This document shows, in pieces, positions 29,060-38,029 of a stretch of DNA of 64,000 bases. Under the pieces are notes generated by a model. It was not told where the DNA came from. It saw nothing but the letters and a program-made list of their open reading frames with translations, and ran no database searches. This DNA comes from Candidatus Aminicenantes bacterium (GTDB lineage Bacteria; Acidobacteriota; Aminicenantia; Aminicenantales; JAFGAV01). How positions within the stretch are numbered: the first letter of the stretch is position 1; each line of letters opens with the position of its first letter. Location of the stretch: positions 14,768-78,767 of the forward strand of contig JAFGAV010000118.1 in the NCBI GenBank assembly GCA_016933515.1. Direction: 5' to 3'. The translations under genes and the position numbers were made by a program.

Positions 29060-30286
29060 CTATTTCCGCCCCGGCCACAGAAGTCCGGCGGCCGCGCGTG
29101 CGGTGCGCTCCGAGGCGAAGACGTCCATGAGCTCTTGCCATTTTTTCTGCAGGCGGATGAGGCTGCGGAACGGATCGGGTTCCGCGACGGACTCGGTCCG
29201 GGCCAGGCCTATCGTTTTCAGGCATTCCGCCGCCCCGCGGCTGTCGCCGGCGGCCAGGAGATCGACGGCCAGCATCTGGTTCGAGCGGAAAATCCGCTCC
29301 TCCAGATCCGGCCCCAGGAATTCCCCGGGATAAGGAGAAAGCTCCTCGACGCTTACGCGTCTCATTCCGGGAAGTTCTTCCTGGGATTCCAGCTTTTTTT
29401 TCTCGAAGACGAACCGGGCCACGTCCTCCCGGACGCGTTCCCAGACGGGGGACGTCTTCGGCGGGGCGTCATGCGTGATCGACAGACGGTTGTCGAGGTA
29501 GGTCTCGAACCCGAACAGACGGGCGTTGATGAGGTAATCGATGTCTTCGCCGCGCGTGATGCCGGGGTCGAAAGGCACGCGGGCGAAAAGACTTCGATGG
29601 AGGACAAGGTTTCCCCCGAAGGCGAAAGGCGTCGCCTTGAGGCGCGGCTCGCGGCCGATGATTTCGGCGAAGGCCCGGTTCATGCAGTCGTATTTGTTCC
29701 AATAAGTCATCCAGGGATCGACCTGACTGTTCAGGAGATAGCTCCCGTCCGGGTTGAGATAAATGCCCGCCACGAACAGAACGGGTCGGCCGGCAACGTC
29801 CCGGCCGATGAATTCCAGGGCCTTGTCCATGAACAGGGGGTCCTCAAAGATCTCGTCGTCATCAACAAGAACCGCGACCTCGGCGCCCAGGAGGTGCGGC
29901 AGGAAAACGCACAGGTTCCGCACGTTGGAATACCCCTCCAGCCGCAGGAGCGGGGCCAGATCCTCCCGTCCCCTCTTCTCGAGAATGCCGTGGAGCCCGG
30001 CCAGGTGCGAATAGGAAAACAACCGGGTGTCGACACCTCCGGCGACCCGCCGCAGGATCTCGGCGGTTTTTCGCTCGACCGCCTCCCGGATGTCGGGGGC
30101 CGTGGAAACACCGAGCACCACAAGCTCGAAATCCCGATCTTTGAGAACGGCGAGGCTTTCGAGCAGGCGGCCCAGGGTCCCCTGTTCGTCCAGAGGCGTG
30201 GGGTGGTCGTAGATGACATCCGTTTCCTGTTTTCTTTCCCCGGATCTCCTTCCCCAGTAGCTGGGGACGACCATGACGGCTTTCAT
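29060..30286 (-). CDS. GT-A-fold glycosyltransferase-like protein (family not identified)
   Basis: 408 aa; acidic DxD-like LVDDDEIF and downstream GEDIDYLINA; 4-nt overlap with upstream GT4 gene; no confident family match by eye. Confidence 0.4.
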   Translation of the reverse strand: MKAVMVVPSYWGRRSGERKQETDVIYDHPTPLDEQGTLGRLLESLAVLKDRDFELVVLGVSTAPDIREAVERKTAEILRRVAGGVDTRLFSYSHLAGLHGILEKRGREDLAPLLRLEGYSNVRNLCVFLPHLLGAEVAVLVDDDEIFEDPLFMDKALEFIGRDVAGRPVLFVAGIYLNPDGSYLLNSQVDPWMTYWNKYDCMNRAFAEIIGREPRLKATPFAFGGNLVLHRSLFARVPFDPGITRGEDIDYLINARLFGFETYLDNRLSITHDAPPKTSPVWERVREDVARFVFEKKKLESQEELPGMRRVSVEELSPYPGEFLGPDLEERIFRSNQMLAVDLLAAGDSRGAAECLKTIGLARTESVAEPDPFRSLIRLQKKWQELMDVFASERTARAAAGLLWPGRK

Positions 30287-31515
30287 CGTTCGCGCCCCTC
30301 CGCGGAATGAGACGGCGGCCGGCTCATCATGTCCTCCAGAATCTTCTCCAGAACCGCGACGCCCTTGTCCCAGGCATAAATGTCTTCCATGAGTTTTCGG
30401 CCGTTCCCCTGGATCTTTCGGTACAAATCCTCGTCGCCCAGCAGCCGCAGAACGCCCGCGGCGAAATCCTCGGGGGCATCGGCCAGAAGGATGTTTTCTC
30501 CATGCCGGGCGGGGATGCCTTCGGCCCCCAGCGACGTCGAGACCACGGGCCTCCCCACGGCCATGGCTTCCAGGATCTTCCCCCGAAATCCTCCTCCCAG
30601 CCTCACCGGGCAGAGAAACACCTTTCCCCGGCGCAGGTAGGGAACGACGTCGTCCACCGTCCCGGTGACGATGACCGAACCGTCCTCGCCGAGGCGGGCG
30701 ACCTCCGGCGGGGGATCCTGCCCGACAATGGTGAAGGTGAGTCCGGGGCGGGCGGCTCTGATCCGCGGCCAGATCTGCTCATGAAAAAAGAGGACGGCGT
30801 CGACATTCGGGTAGTGGCGGTAATTGCCGATGAAAACGAGGCCCGCGTCCTCCCCTGTCTCCGGAGAAAACGCAAAGGTCTCGACGTCGACTCCGTGCGG
30901 CACGACGGAAATGTCGAGGTCCGGCGCGACGGCCAGAAGCTCGTCCCGGCCCTGGGGCGTCAAGGTGAGCACTTTGTCGGCCCGCCTGTACATCTCGAAC
31001 TCGTAGGCCTGGAGCCCCTTGAGATACAGGGCCTCTCTCAATTTCGAAATTCCCGGTCGAAAATGACGGAAGCTTTTCCGGCGGGCCAGCGTGTAGCATT
31101 CATGGACGGAGATGACCCTCCGGACGGGAGGAAGGTCGGGATTGTTGTGGAGGAACTGGCCCATGACCGAATATTCGGCGATCACGAAGTCATAGCCGTC
31201 CCGGCCGACCATTTCGGCGATCGCGCGTCCCATGGCTTTCGAGCCGTGGACGCGGAGGAAGTAATAGGGAACGGGAGAAAAGAAAAACTCCCGGACCGCC
31301 CGCCACGGAGAGCGTTTCGGCGGGAAAGGGACAAGGCGGATGTCGCGGCAAAACGGCTCGAGCGAAGCGATCCGGTCCCGGTCTTCGGGGCGGCTGAAAG
31401 CCGCCAGGGAAACGACATGGTTCCGGGACAGATATTTGATCCGGTTGAAGATGATGACCGGCCCGCCGATCACCTTGGCGTGCGGCAACTCCTTGCAGAC
31501 GACGAGAATCTTCAT
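30283..31515 (-). CDS. glycosyltransferase family 4 (GT-B fold)
   Basis: 410 aa; C-terminal GT1/GT4 pattern VFLCPVRLGGGFRGKILEAMAVGRPVVSTSLGAEGI. Confidence 0.85.
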   Translation of the reverse strand: MKILVVCKELPHAKVIGGPVIIFNRIKYLSRNHVVSLAAFSRPEDRDRIASLEPFCRDIRLVPFPPKRSPWRAVREFFFSPVPYYFLRVHGSKAMGRAIAEMVGRDGYDFVIAEYSVMGQFLHNNPDLPPVRRVISVHECYTLARRKSFRHFRPGISKLREALYLKGLQAYEFEMYRRADKVLTLTPQGRDELLAVAPDLDISVVPHGVDVETFAFSPETGEDAGLVFIGNYRHYPNVDAVLFFHEQIWPRIRAARPGLTFTIVGQDPPPEVARLGEDGSVIVTGTVDDVVPYLRRGKVFLCPVRLGGGFRGKILEAMAVGRPVVSTSLGAEGIPARHGENILLADAPEDFAAGVLRLLGDEDLYRKIQGNGRKLMEDIYAWDKGVAVLEKILEDMMSRPPSHSAEGRER

Positions 31516-31653
31516 GCCCCTTCCCCGCAGACGCCGCCGGCGGTCCGCAATCCCGTCATGACGCCTCCCTCGTTCCCCCGCACGGTCCTTTTCCGCGCCA
31601 TCGACAGAAACACGATCCTGTCGAAAGGCGCGCCTCCCGGCGAGGCCGCCTCA

Positions 31654-32283
31654 TCAGGCAACGCCCCTGTCGTTCTTGAACATCTTTCGCGTCCGGAGCA
31701 GGGGCAGGAACCGCCCCGTTTGCTCCATGTAGGAGGCGTACTCCTCCCCGAAATGATCGATCATCATCGCCTCCTCGCGCTTGACGCGCAGAACGATGAT
31801 CAGCGTCAGTCCCGCCGTCCAGGTCAACCCGATGAACCAGTTTCTCGTCAGGAAGAAAACGGAGATGTGAAGCAGGTAAAAAGTCGTGTACATAGGGTGG
31901 CGCATGATCCGGTACGGCCCGGAGGTGACGACCGTGTGCCTGTCCTTGATGCGAAGGGTGTTGGAAAAGTTGCGCCCGAGGCTGCGGTGCACCCAGAGGA
32001 AGAGCAGGAGGGCGAGGACGGCCAGTGACGAGCCGACGGAGCGAAGCCAGAGAGGCAGGGAAAAGGACGCCCAGGACACCCATTCCGGGATGAACAAATA
32101 GACGAAGAACGTCAAGACCTCATAACAGATCAGAACGCTCAAGACGATCGAATATTTGAGACTCTCCTCGATGACCGTCCTGTACCCGGCACGCTTGGCG
32201 AGGCGGTAATACCGGATGCGCAGGATGGAAAACAAGCAGAAAACGCCGATGAGGACGAACCGGAAGATGCGTTCGGGGTTCAT
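31654..32283 (-). CDS. isoprenylcysteine carboxyl methyltransferase (ICMT)/phospholipid methyltransferase-like membrane protein
   Basis: 209 aa polytopic; TSGPYRIMRHPMYTTFYL and C-terminal EEAMMIDHFGEEY pattern. Confidence 0.6.
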   Translation of the reverse strand: MNPERIFRFVLIGVFCLFSILRIRYYRLAKRAGYRTVIEESLKYSIVLSVLICYEVLTFFVYLFIPEWVSWASFSLPLWLRSVGSSLAVLALLLFLWVHRSLGRNFSNTLRIKDRHTVVTSGPYRIMRHPMYTTFYLLHISVFFLTRNWFIGLTWTAGLTLIIVLRVKREEAMMIDHFGEEYASYMEQTGRFLPLLRTRKMFKNDRGVA

Positions 32284-32325
32284 GGCGCGCTCGGGACGCC
32301 GCTCGAGGCCGCAAACACCGTCATT

Positions 32326-33567
32326 CTAGCCTGACTTGGATTCCGCGGCAACCTTTTTTCCTCCGCGGAGCCGTGCGTTCAAAAGCAGCCGCCTCTTTTT
32401 TTCGCCGCGGGCGTCCTGAAGGACATAAGAACGAAAAAGTCTCAGCAGCCGGCCGGCGGGGAGCAGAACCATCCGCCCCCAGGTCAAAGGCCTTCCGGCC
32501 AGGTCCTCCTCGTTGGGCGTCAGAAGCCTTCCGGCGAAATAGCGGGCCCGGGTGCCGAGGCCGGGGAACATCATCGCCTCCCGAAAGAAAAACCGCCGGG
32601 CTCGGACGGCGGGCGTCTCGTCTTCAAAAAAGCGGCGGGCCGTGTCGGCGGCCTGCGACACCGCGCTCCGGTCTCTTCGCGCCGCTTCGAGCAGCGCGGG
32701 CGGGACGGGCGCGGCGAGAAGTCTTCGCGCCAAGAGAAGCCCGAAAAAAAGAATGCGCCCGGCGCGGTGTCTTTCCGCCAGGCCGAGGACGAGATCGGCG
32801 GCGATTTTCGTACGGCGCAAGCTCTCGGTCACGTCGGCCACCATCTGGAGAAGGCTCCAGGAATGATACAACCCGTGAAGACAGAGGAGGAGAAGCGTAT
32901 CTTCCGCGGAAAACGTCCTGAGGGACGCGCCTTCCACATCGAGGCGGACGGTCCGATCCCAGAGCTCGCCCGGCTCCGAGAAAACAGGATGATACCGCTG
33001 GGCCAGGCGCCATTGGATTTCCAGGGCGATCCCCCGCCGGGGGTCCCTGAGGACGACGTCTCTCAGAAATCGGATCGCCAGGGGAGTGAGGACACCCGTC
33101 GTCCCCTCCTCCGTTCTGTAGTTCCGTTCGACCGCCAGTTCGAGAGCCCGGGACAACCCGGACCGGTCGACGAAAACATCGAGATCATTGAACATCCGCA
33201 GCCCCAGATCCCCGTAAGCGGCCTCAGCCAGAACAGGTCCCTTGTAGGCCGCGGCCCGGATTCCGGCGCCCTCGAATGCGGCCATGATCTCGGCCAGGGC
33301 GCGGGCCGCCCGGACATTGCCGGCCAGGTTTTTGAGATGAAGGGCTCTCATGCTGTCCAGAAAATCCTGCGGAACCCTCGAGGCGGCCCAGCGGGCAAGG
33401 TTTTGAAACACAAGGGGCGCGACCCGGTGGCGGACGGCCAGCCGGAACAGGAGACTCCAGTCGAGTCCTTCCCGCAACGAGTCCGCGAGACGGGCGCCCT
33501 CCTCCGGCGAAAGACGGGCCGATGCGCACCGGAGAAGCAAGGCCGTTTCAGGACGCGTCAACCACAT
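32326..33567 (-). CDS. uncharacterised nucleotidyltransferase family protein (NTP_transf_5-like)
   Basis: 413 aa; N-terminus ETALLLRCASARLSPEE...DWSLLFRLAVRHRVAPLV and central FNDLDVFV resemble the PF14907-type family. Confidence 0.55.
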   Translation of the reverse strand: MWLTRPETALLLRCASARLSPEEGARLADSLREGLDWSLLFRLAVRHRVAPLVFQNLARWAASRVPQDFLDSMRALHLKNLAGNVRAARALAEIMAAFEGAGIRAAAYKGPVLAEAAYGDLGLRMFNDLDVFVDRSGLSRALELAVERNYRTEEGTTGVLTPLAIRFLRDVVLRDPRRGIALEIQWRLAQRYHPVFSEPGELWDRTVRLDVEGASLRTFSAEDTLLLLCLHGLYHSWSLLQMVADVTESLRRTKIAADLVLGLAERHRAGRILFFGLLLARRLLAAPVPPALLEAARRDRSAVSQAADTARRFFEDETPAVRARRFFFREAMMFPGLGTRARYFAGRLLTPNEEDLAGRPLTWGRMVLLPAGRLLRLFRSYVLQDARGEKKRRLLLNARLRGGKKVAAESKSG

Positions 33568-33692
33568 ATCGGTTTTTTATCATATCACGGGGATTTTTGC
33601 GAAGACGAGAAAGAGGAAGACGTCCGGGCCGGAATGCTCGTCATCTCTTTCAGACGCAAGCCCGGCGGCCGTCGCGGAGGCCGAGAGAATCC

Positions 33693-33721
33693 TTGACAGG
33701 GAGAATGTTTGTTTTTATCAT
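33693..33721 (+). promoter_or_regulatory. sigma70-type promoter candidate for hup (TTGACA-N17-TATCAT)
   Basis: TTGACA 33693-33698, TATCAT 33716-33721, 45 nt upstream of ATG 33767. Confidence 0.45.
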
Positions 33722-33766
33722 GAAACACAAGGCATTCCCACTCGCAAAAGGTGAGGAGGTCAAACT

Positions 33767-34039
33767 ATGAGCAAAAGGGAAATCACCAAGAAAATCGCCA
33801 AAGACGCGGGAATCACGCTGTTTCAGGCCCAAAAGGCATACGCCGCCATGCTCGAGGGAATCAAAGAGGCCCTGTGTCAGGGCGACCATGTCACGTTTTC
33901 CGGCTTCGGGAGTTTTGAGGTCAAAATCCGAGCCGAGCGCAAGGGCCGCAATCCCAAAACAGGAGAGGTTATCCCCATCCCGCCCAAAAAACGCGTCAAA
34001 TTCACTCCCAGCCGCGAGTTGAAAAAAGCCCTTCAATAA
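33767..34039 (+). CDS. hup: HU/IHF-family DNA-binding protein
   Basis: 90 aa; GFGSFEVKIRAERKGRNPKTGEVIPIPPKKRVKFTPSRELK. Confidence 0.9.
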   Translation: MSKREITKKIAKDAGITLFQAQKAYAAMLEGIKEALCQGDHVTFSGFGSFEVKIRAERKGRNPKTGEVIPIPPKKRVKFTPSRELKKALQ

Positions 34040-34146
34040 AGCGTCCATCGAAGCGAAGAGCGTTATCCCTTTTTCCGTTCCAAGAAAACCGTCTTTCGGC
34101 GATCCTCATAGACAAACTTCCGCAAATCTCCTAGAATGCTTGTGAC

Positions 34147-35217
34147 ATGCCACGCCGTAAACTCGCGGTCGGCCTGCTGTTCGGCGGGCGATCGGCGGAA
34201 CATGAAGTGTCTCTCCGATCGGCCGCGGCCGTTTACGGAAACCTCGACCGGCGCAAATACCGTCCGGTTTGCCTCTATGTCAACAAGCGGGGGGACGTTC
34301 GGAAAGTGGCTTCTCCGCTCCTCAGCGTCGCCGAGCTCACCGCCGGGCCGTTTCTCGGCTTTTTGCCCTGGCAAGAGGGGATGTCGCGGCGGGGGGTGAG
34401 CGCCGACATCTATTTTCCCGTTCTTCACGGTCCTTACGGAGAGGACGGCACGATTCAGGGGCTTTTGGAGCTGGCCGATGTCCCCTATGTGGGCGCGGGC
34501 GTGGCCGCCTCCGCCCTGGGCATGGACAAGGTTTTGATGAAATCTCTTTTCAGGGCGGCCGGTCTTCCTCAGGTCAAGTACGAGGTCCTTCAGGAGCGCG
34601 AATGGAGGACGGGACAAAAGGCCGCGCGATCCCGCATCCGTTCTTCTCTCCGGCTTCCGGTCTTCGTCAAACCGGCCAACCTCGGCTCCAGCGTGGGCAT
34701 CACCAAGGTGAAGGCCTGGTCAGCTCTCGGCGCGGCGATCCGAACGGCTTTGCGCTATGACCGCAAAATCCTCGTCGAGCAGGGCGTCGCAGGGCGGGAG
34801 ATCGAATGCGCCGTCCTGGGGAACGATGCGCCCTCCGCCTCGCTTCCCGGAGAGCTCATCCCCTACCGGGAATTCTACGATTACGAAGACAAGTACCTTC
34901 TGGGAAAGACGCGCTTCATCGCGCCGGCCTCTCTTCCCCGCGGCATCGTCCGCGAAGTGCAGCGGCTCTCCCTTCACGCCTTCCAAGCTGTGGACGGCGC
35001 GGGGATGGCCAGAGTGGATTTCTTTCTCGAGACGGGAACCCGTCGGCTCTTCATCAGCGAGATCAACACCATTCCCGGCTTCACCGAGATCAGCATGTTT
35101 CCCCTGCTGTGGACATTGAGCGGCCTCCCCTTCCCCCGCCTGCTGGACCGGCTCATCCGCCTGGGCTTCGAACGCCACGCCGCCAAGAAACGCCTCCCGG
35201 AGAAATATTCGCGGTGA
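34147..35217 (+). CDS. ddl: D-alanine--D-alanine ligase
   Basis: LLFGGRSAEHEVSLRSA, HGPYGEDGTIQGLLE, ATP-grasp C-terminal EINTIPGFT. Confidence 0.95.
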   Translation: MPRRKLAVGLLFGGRSAEHEVSLRSAAAVYGNLDRRKYRPVCLYVNKRGDVRKVASPLLSVAELTAGPFLGFLPWQEGMSRRGVSADIYFPVLHGPYGEDGTIQGLLELADVPYVGAGVAASALGMDKVLMKSLFRAAGLPQVKYEVLQEREWRTGQKAARSRIRSSLRLPVFVKPANLGSSVGITKVKAWSALGAAIRTALRYDRKILVEQGVAGREIECAVLGNDAPSASLPGELIPYREFYDYEDKYLLGKTRFIAPASLPRGIVREVQRLSLHAFQAVDGAGMARVDFFLETGTRRLFISEINTIPGFTEISMFPLLWTLSGLPFPRLLDRLIRLGFERHAAKKRLPEKYSR

Positions 35218-35642
35218 GAATCCTGGGAGTCGATTTCGGTGACCGAAACGTCGGCCTGGCGCTCAGCGACACGCTGGGTCTCACCGCCCAACCGCTGATG
35301 ACCTACCGGCTCCGTGGCGGAGAGGAAGACGCCCGTTTTTTTCAGGATCTCGTCAAGACGCACGACGTCTCGAAAATCGTCATCGGCCTGCCCGTGCGCC
35401 TGGACGGGACTCCGGGAAGGCGCTCAAAAAAAACCGAGGAATTCGCGCGCTGGCTGAAGGAAACGCTGCGCCTGCCCGTCACGTTCACCGACGAGCGCCT
35501 CACCACCCGACAAGCCCTGCAAGCCATGAAGGAACAGCGCATCAGAAACCGCGAGCGGCGGAGCGTGGAGAACCAGATCTCCGCCTCCCTGATCCTGGCC
35601 TCCTATCTCGAAAGCCGTCGGAAAGACGATCATGATTCTTAA
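35214..35642 (+). CDS. ruvX: YqgF/RuvX putative pre-16S rRNA nuclease
   Basis: GTG start 35214 overlapping ddl stop; ILGVDFGDRNVGLALSD; about 142 aa. Confidence 0.85.
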   Translation: MRILGVDFGDRNVGLALSDTLGLTAQPLMTYRLRGGEEDARFFQDLVKTHDVSKIVIGLPVRLDGTPGRRSKKTEEFARWLKETLRLPVTFTDERLTTRQALQAMKEQRIRNRERRSVENQISASLILASYLESRRKDDHDS

Positions 35643-36639
35643 GGCTTTCAAGCTTGCCCTGCTTTCGGTCAACGTCCTTTTTTTCTGGCTGGCGGCCTGG
35701 TTTGTCCTCGAGTACCGGGCTCCCCTGATCACGTTCGGCGAGCCCGTTTTTTTCGAAGTGGAAAAAGGCTGGGGCATGGGAGCCGTCGCCCGCCGCCTTG
35801 AGGAGGACGGCCTCATCCGCCGCCGGGAGACCTTTCTGGCGGCCTACTTTCTGTTCCACTCCCCGCGCGGCCCGAAAGCCGGCGAATACCGATTCACGTC
35901 GCCGGTCAGGATGCATGCCCTTCTCGAATCCCTGACCGCCGGGCGGGTCCATCTTCATCCCGTCACCGTGCCCGAGGGTTTGACCGGCATGGAGATCGCC
36001 TCCCTGCTCGAAGAGAAGGGCGTTCTGGCCGCCCGAGATTTCCTGGACGCTTTTTCCCGGACCGAACTCATCTCCGACTGGGATCCCGAAGCTCCCGACT
36101 TGGAGGGCTATCTGTTCCCCGAAACTTATCATTTCACCAAGAACTCCGAGGCGGATGAGACCGCGGCTCGGATGGTCGGCCAGTTCAAGTCGGCCTTCGA
36201 CTCCGGCCGCCGCCGCCGGGCGGAGGAGATGGGCCGGCCCATCAGGGACATCGTCATCTTGGCTTCCCTCATCGAAAAAGAAACCTCCCTTCCCGAGGAG
36301 AGGGAGCTCGTGTCCGCCGTTTTTCACAACCGGCTGAAAATCGGGATGAAACTGGACTGCGATCCGACCATCATCTACGCCCTAAAAAGGGAAGGCGGCT
36401 TTGACGGGGATCTGAAATATCGGGATTTGAGACTCGACAATCCTTACAACACCTACCGGTATTCAGGGCTCCCGCCGGGACCGATATGCAATCCCGGCCG
36501 GGAGGCGCTCGAGGCCGCGCTCTTCCCGGCCTCCGAGCCGTTCCTTTACTTCGTGTCCAAAAACGACGGCAGCCACCATTTCAGCCTCAACTACCGGGAG
36601 CACAGAGACGCCGTTCGGAAGTTTCAGCAACGGCGATAA
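35632..36639 (+). CDS. mltG: endolytic murein transglycosylase MltG (YceG)
   Basis: N-terminal TM, LASLIEKET and NPYNTYRYSGLPPGPICNPG motifs. Confidence 0.9.
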   Translation: MILKAFKLALLSVNVLFFWLAAWFVLEYRAPLITFGEPVFFEVEKGWGMGAVARRLEEDGLIRRRETFLAAYFLFHSPRGPKAGEYRFTSPVRMHALLESLTAGRVHLHPVTVPEGLTGMEIASLLEEKGVLAARDFLDAFSRTELISDWDPEAPDLEGYLFPETYHFTKNSEADETAARMVGQFKSAFDSGRRRRAEEMGRPIRDIVILASLIEKETSLPEERELVSAVFHNRLKIGMKLDCDPTIIYALKREGGFDGDLKYRDLRLDNPYNTYRYSGLPPGPICNPGREALEAALFPASEPFLYFVSKNDGSHHFSLNYREHRDAVRKFQQRR

Positions 36640-36652
36640 GACGGTGAGTCTC

Positions 36653-36734
36653 GGCTCCACGACGTTTTGTGTGGTCCCTCAGCGTGAGCATTGGGCCTCA
36701 GACTAAAATTCACCGCGCAATTCGTCATAGAGCC
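36653..36734 (+). repeat. 82-nt imperfect-palindrome intergenic repeat, copy B
   Basis: Ungapped 70/82 identity to 25810-25891; begins 14 nt after mltG stop. Confidence 0.8.
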
Positions 36735-36743
36735 GGGAGTCTC

Positions 36744-36772
36744 TTGCCCCTTCCCGACCTTTCTGTTATAGT
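36744..36772 (+). promoter_or_regulatory. promoter candidate (TTGCCC-N17-TATAGT) for the 36892 gene
   Basis: TTGCCC 36744-36749, TATAGT 36767-36772, directly downstream of repeat B. Confidence 0.35.
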
Positions 36773-36891
36773 ATCGCTTCTTAAAAGAGAACGACACCCC
36801 ACAGCCGAATGAAAATCACAGACGACGCGCCCGGCACGAACATTGCGCTTTCCATGCCGCGGCGCCATCGTGACCGAAGATTGGAGGAATC

Positions 36892-37953
36892 ATGAAAGGA
36901 AAAAGGATTGCCGCTTTCGCTGTCTTGTCGGTTTTCCTGACCGCCGCCCTGACCGTTTCCCTGGCGGCGCAGAAGAAAGCCAAGACCGAGGCCCGGGTCT
37001 TCATTCCCAAGGACGTTAAGAAGGTTTTGGAATCCGGCCTGCTGACCAAACAACCGTGCCTGAACATTCCCTTCGCCGTCACCGATCATCTTTTTCTTCC
37101 GGCCGGCGGCTCCTTCCACAACATTTTGAGGCTGGAAATCAAGAACAAAGATCTGGGCTTCGCGCCCGCGGCCCAGGAACCCGAAAAGACCCCCGAAGGT
37201 TCGGCTGCGCCGGCCGCCGAAATGCGAGCCGTCTTCAACCTGTTCATCCAGTACCGCGAAATCTCCGGCGGGCTGCCCGGCATGGTGGCCAAGGAGATCT
37301 ACATCCCCTGCGATCAGAACGCGGACGCAGCCGGATATGATCCCGAAAAAACGGAACTGTATTTTGTCGGCTATCCCCTTTCTCCGGGGAAATACATGGC
37401 CGCCCTCGCCCTGACAACGACCGACCTGAAAAAGATCGGCACCCAGTATTTCGAATTCAGCACGCCCGACCCGGCCGTCTTCGTCGATCGGCTCGAAACC
37501 ACACCCGTGTTCACCGTGAAAAACATCGAACGCATGGAGGCCCCCGAGAACAGAACGATCCTGCACAAAGATCATTTCACCTACTCCATTCTCAAGATCT
37601 GGCCCAACATCGGAAACGTCGTCGGTTTCCAAGACAATCTGGACATTTTCTACTTCGTGTTCGGCGCTCGGCCCAACGCCGAGCAGAAATACGATCTCGA
37701 GACGGAAATGGAAGTGAAAAAAGACGAGGAATCCGTTCTCCGGTTCGCTCCGACCGTCATGGAGTCTCCTCTTGTCAGCCTGCCCTTGCCCCTGAAACGC
37801 ACACTGATCACTCAGAGCGAGGCCGGCGAAACCCGGGAAGAGAAAGATCTCGAGCCCGGAAGCTACGTCCTCGTCATCAAGATTCTGGACAAGAATTCGG
37901 GAAACACCGTGACCAAGACCGTGCCCTTTACGGTGACGCCGCCCGCGCTTTAG
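36892..37953 (+). CDS. hypothetical secreted protein
   Basis: 353 aa; signal peptide MKGKRIAAFAVLSVFLTAALTVSLAAQ; SD GGAGG upstream; no recognisable domain. Confidence 0.6.
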   Translation: MKGKRIAAFAVLSVFLTAALTVSLAAQKKAKTEARVFIPKDVKKVLESGLLTKQPCLNIPFAVTDHLFLPAGGSFHNILRLEIKNKDLGFAPAAQEPEKTPEGSAAPAAEMRAVFNLFIQYREISGGLPGMVAKEIYIPCDQNADAAGYDPEKTELYFVGYPLSPGKYMAALALTTTDLKKIGTQYFEFSTPDPAVFVDRLETTPVFTVKNIERMEAPENRTILHKDHFTYSILKIWPNIGNVVGFQDNLDIFYFVFGARPNAEQKYDLETEMEVKKDEESVLRFAPTVMESPLVSLPLPLKRTLITQSEAGETREEKDLEPGSYVLVIKILDKNSGNTVTKTVPFTVTPPAL

Positions 37954-38029
37954 AGGCGAAGCCCGAAATCTCCGCGGCGTTTTTCCCTTGAAAATGCCGC
38001 GGACTTTTTTTACACTGGCCTTTCACATC

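Noticed and set aside
36684-36812. Small ORF starting inside repeat copy B (GTG; VSIGPQTKIHRAIRHRA...), with a parallel frame in copy A (TTG; LSIGPQTRIHHTMRHRA...)
   Set aside because: Both use non-ATG starts with no SD. Only 2 of 7 differences are synonymous, which is uninformative. The frame is not preserved in copy C and there is no common stop. Hairpin or repeat structure explains the conservation better. It is worth re-testing if many copies are found.
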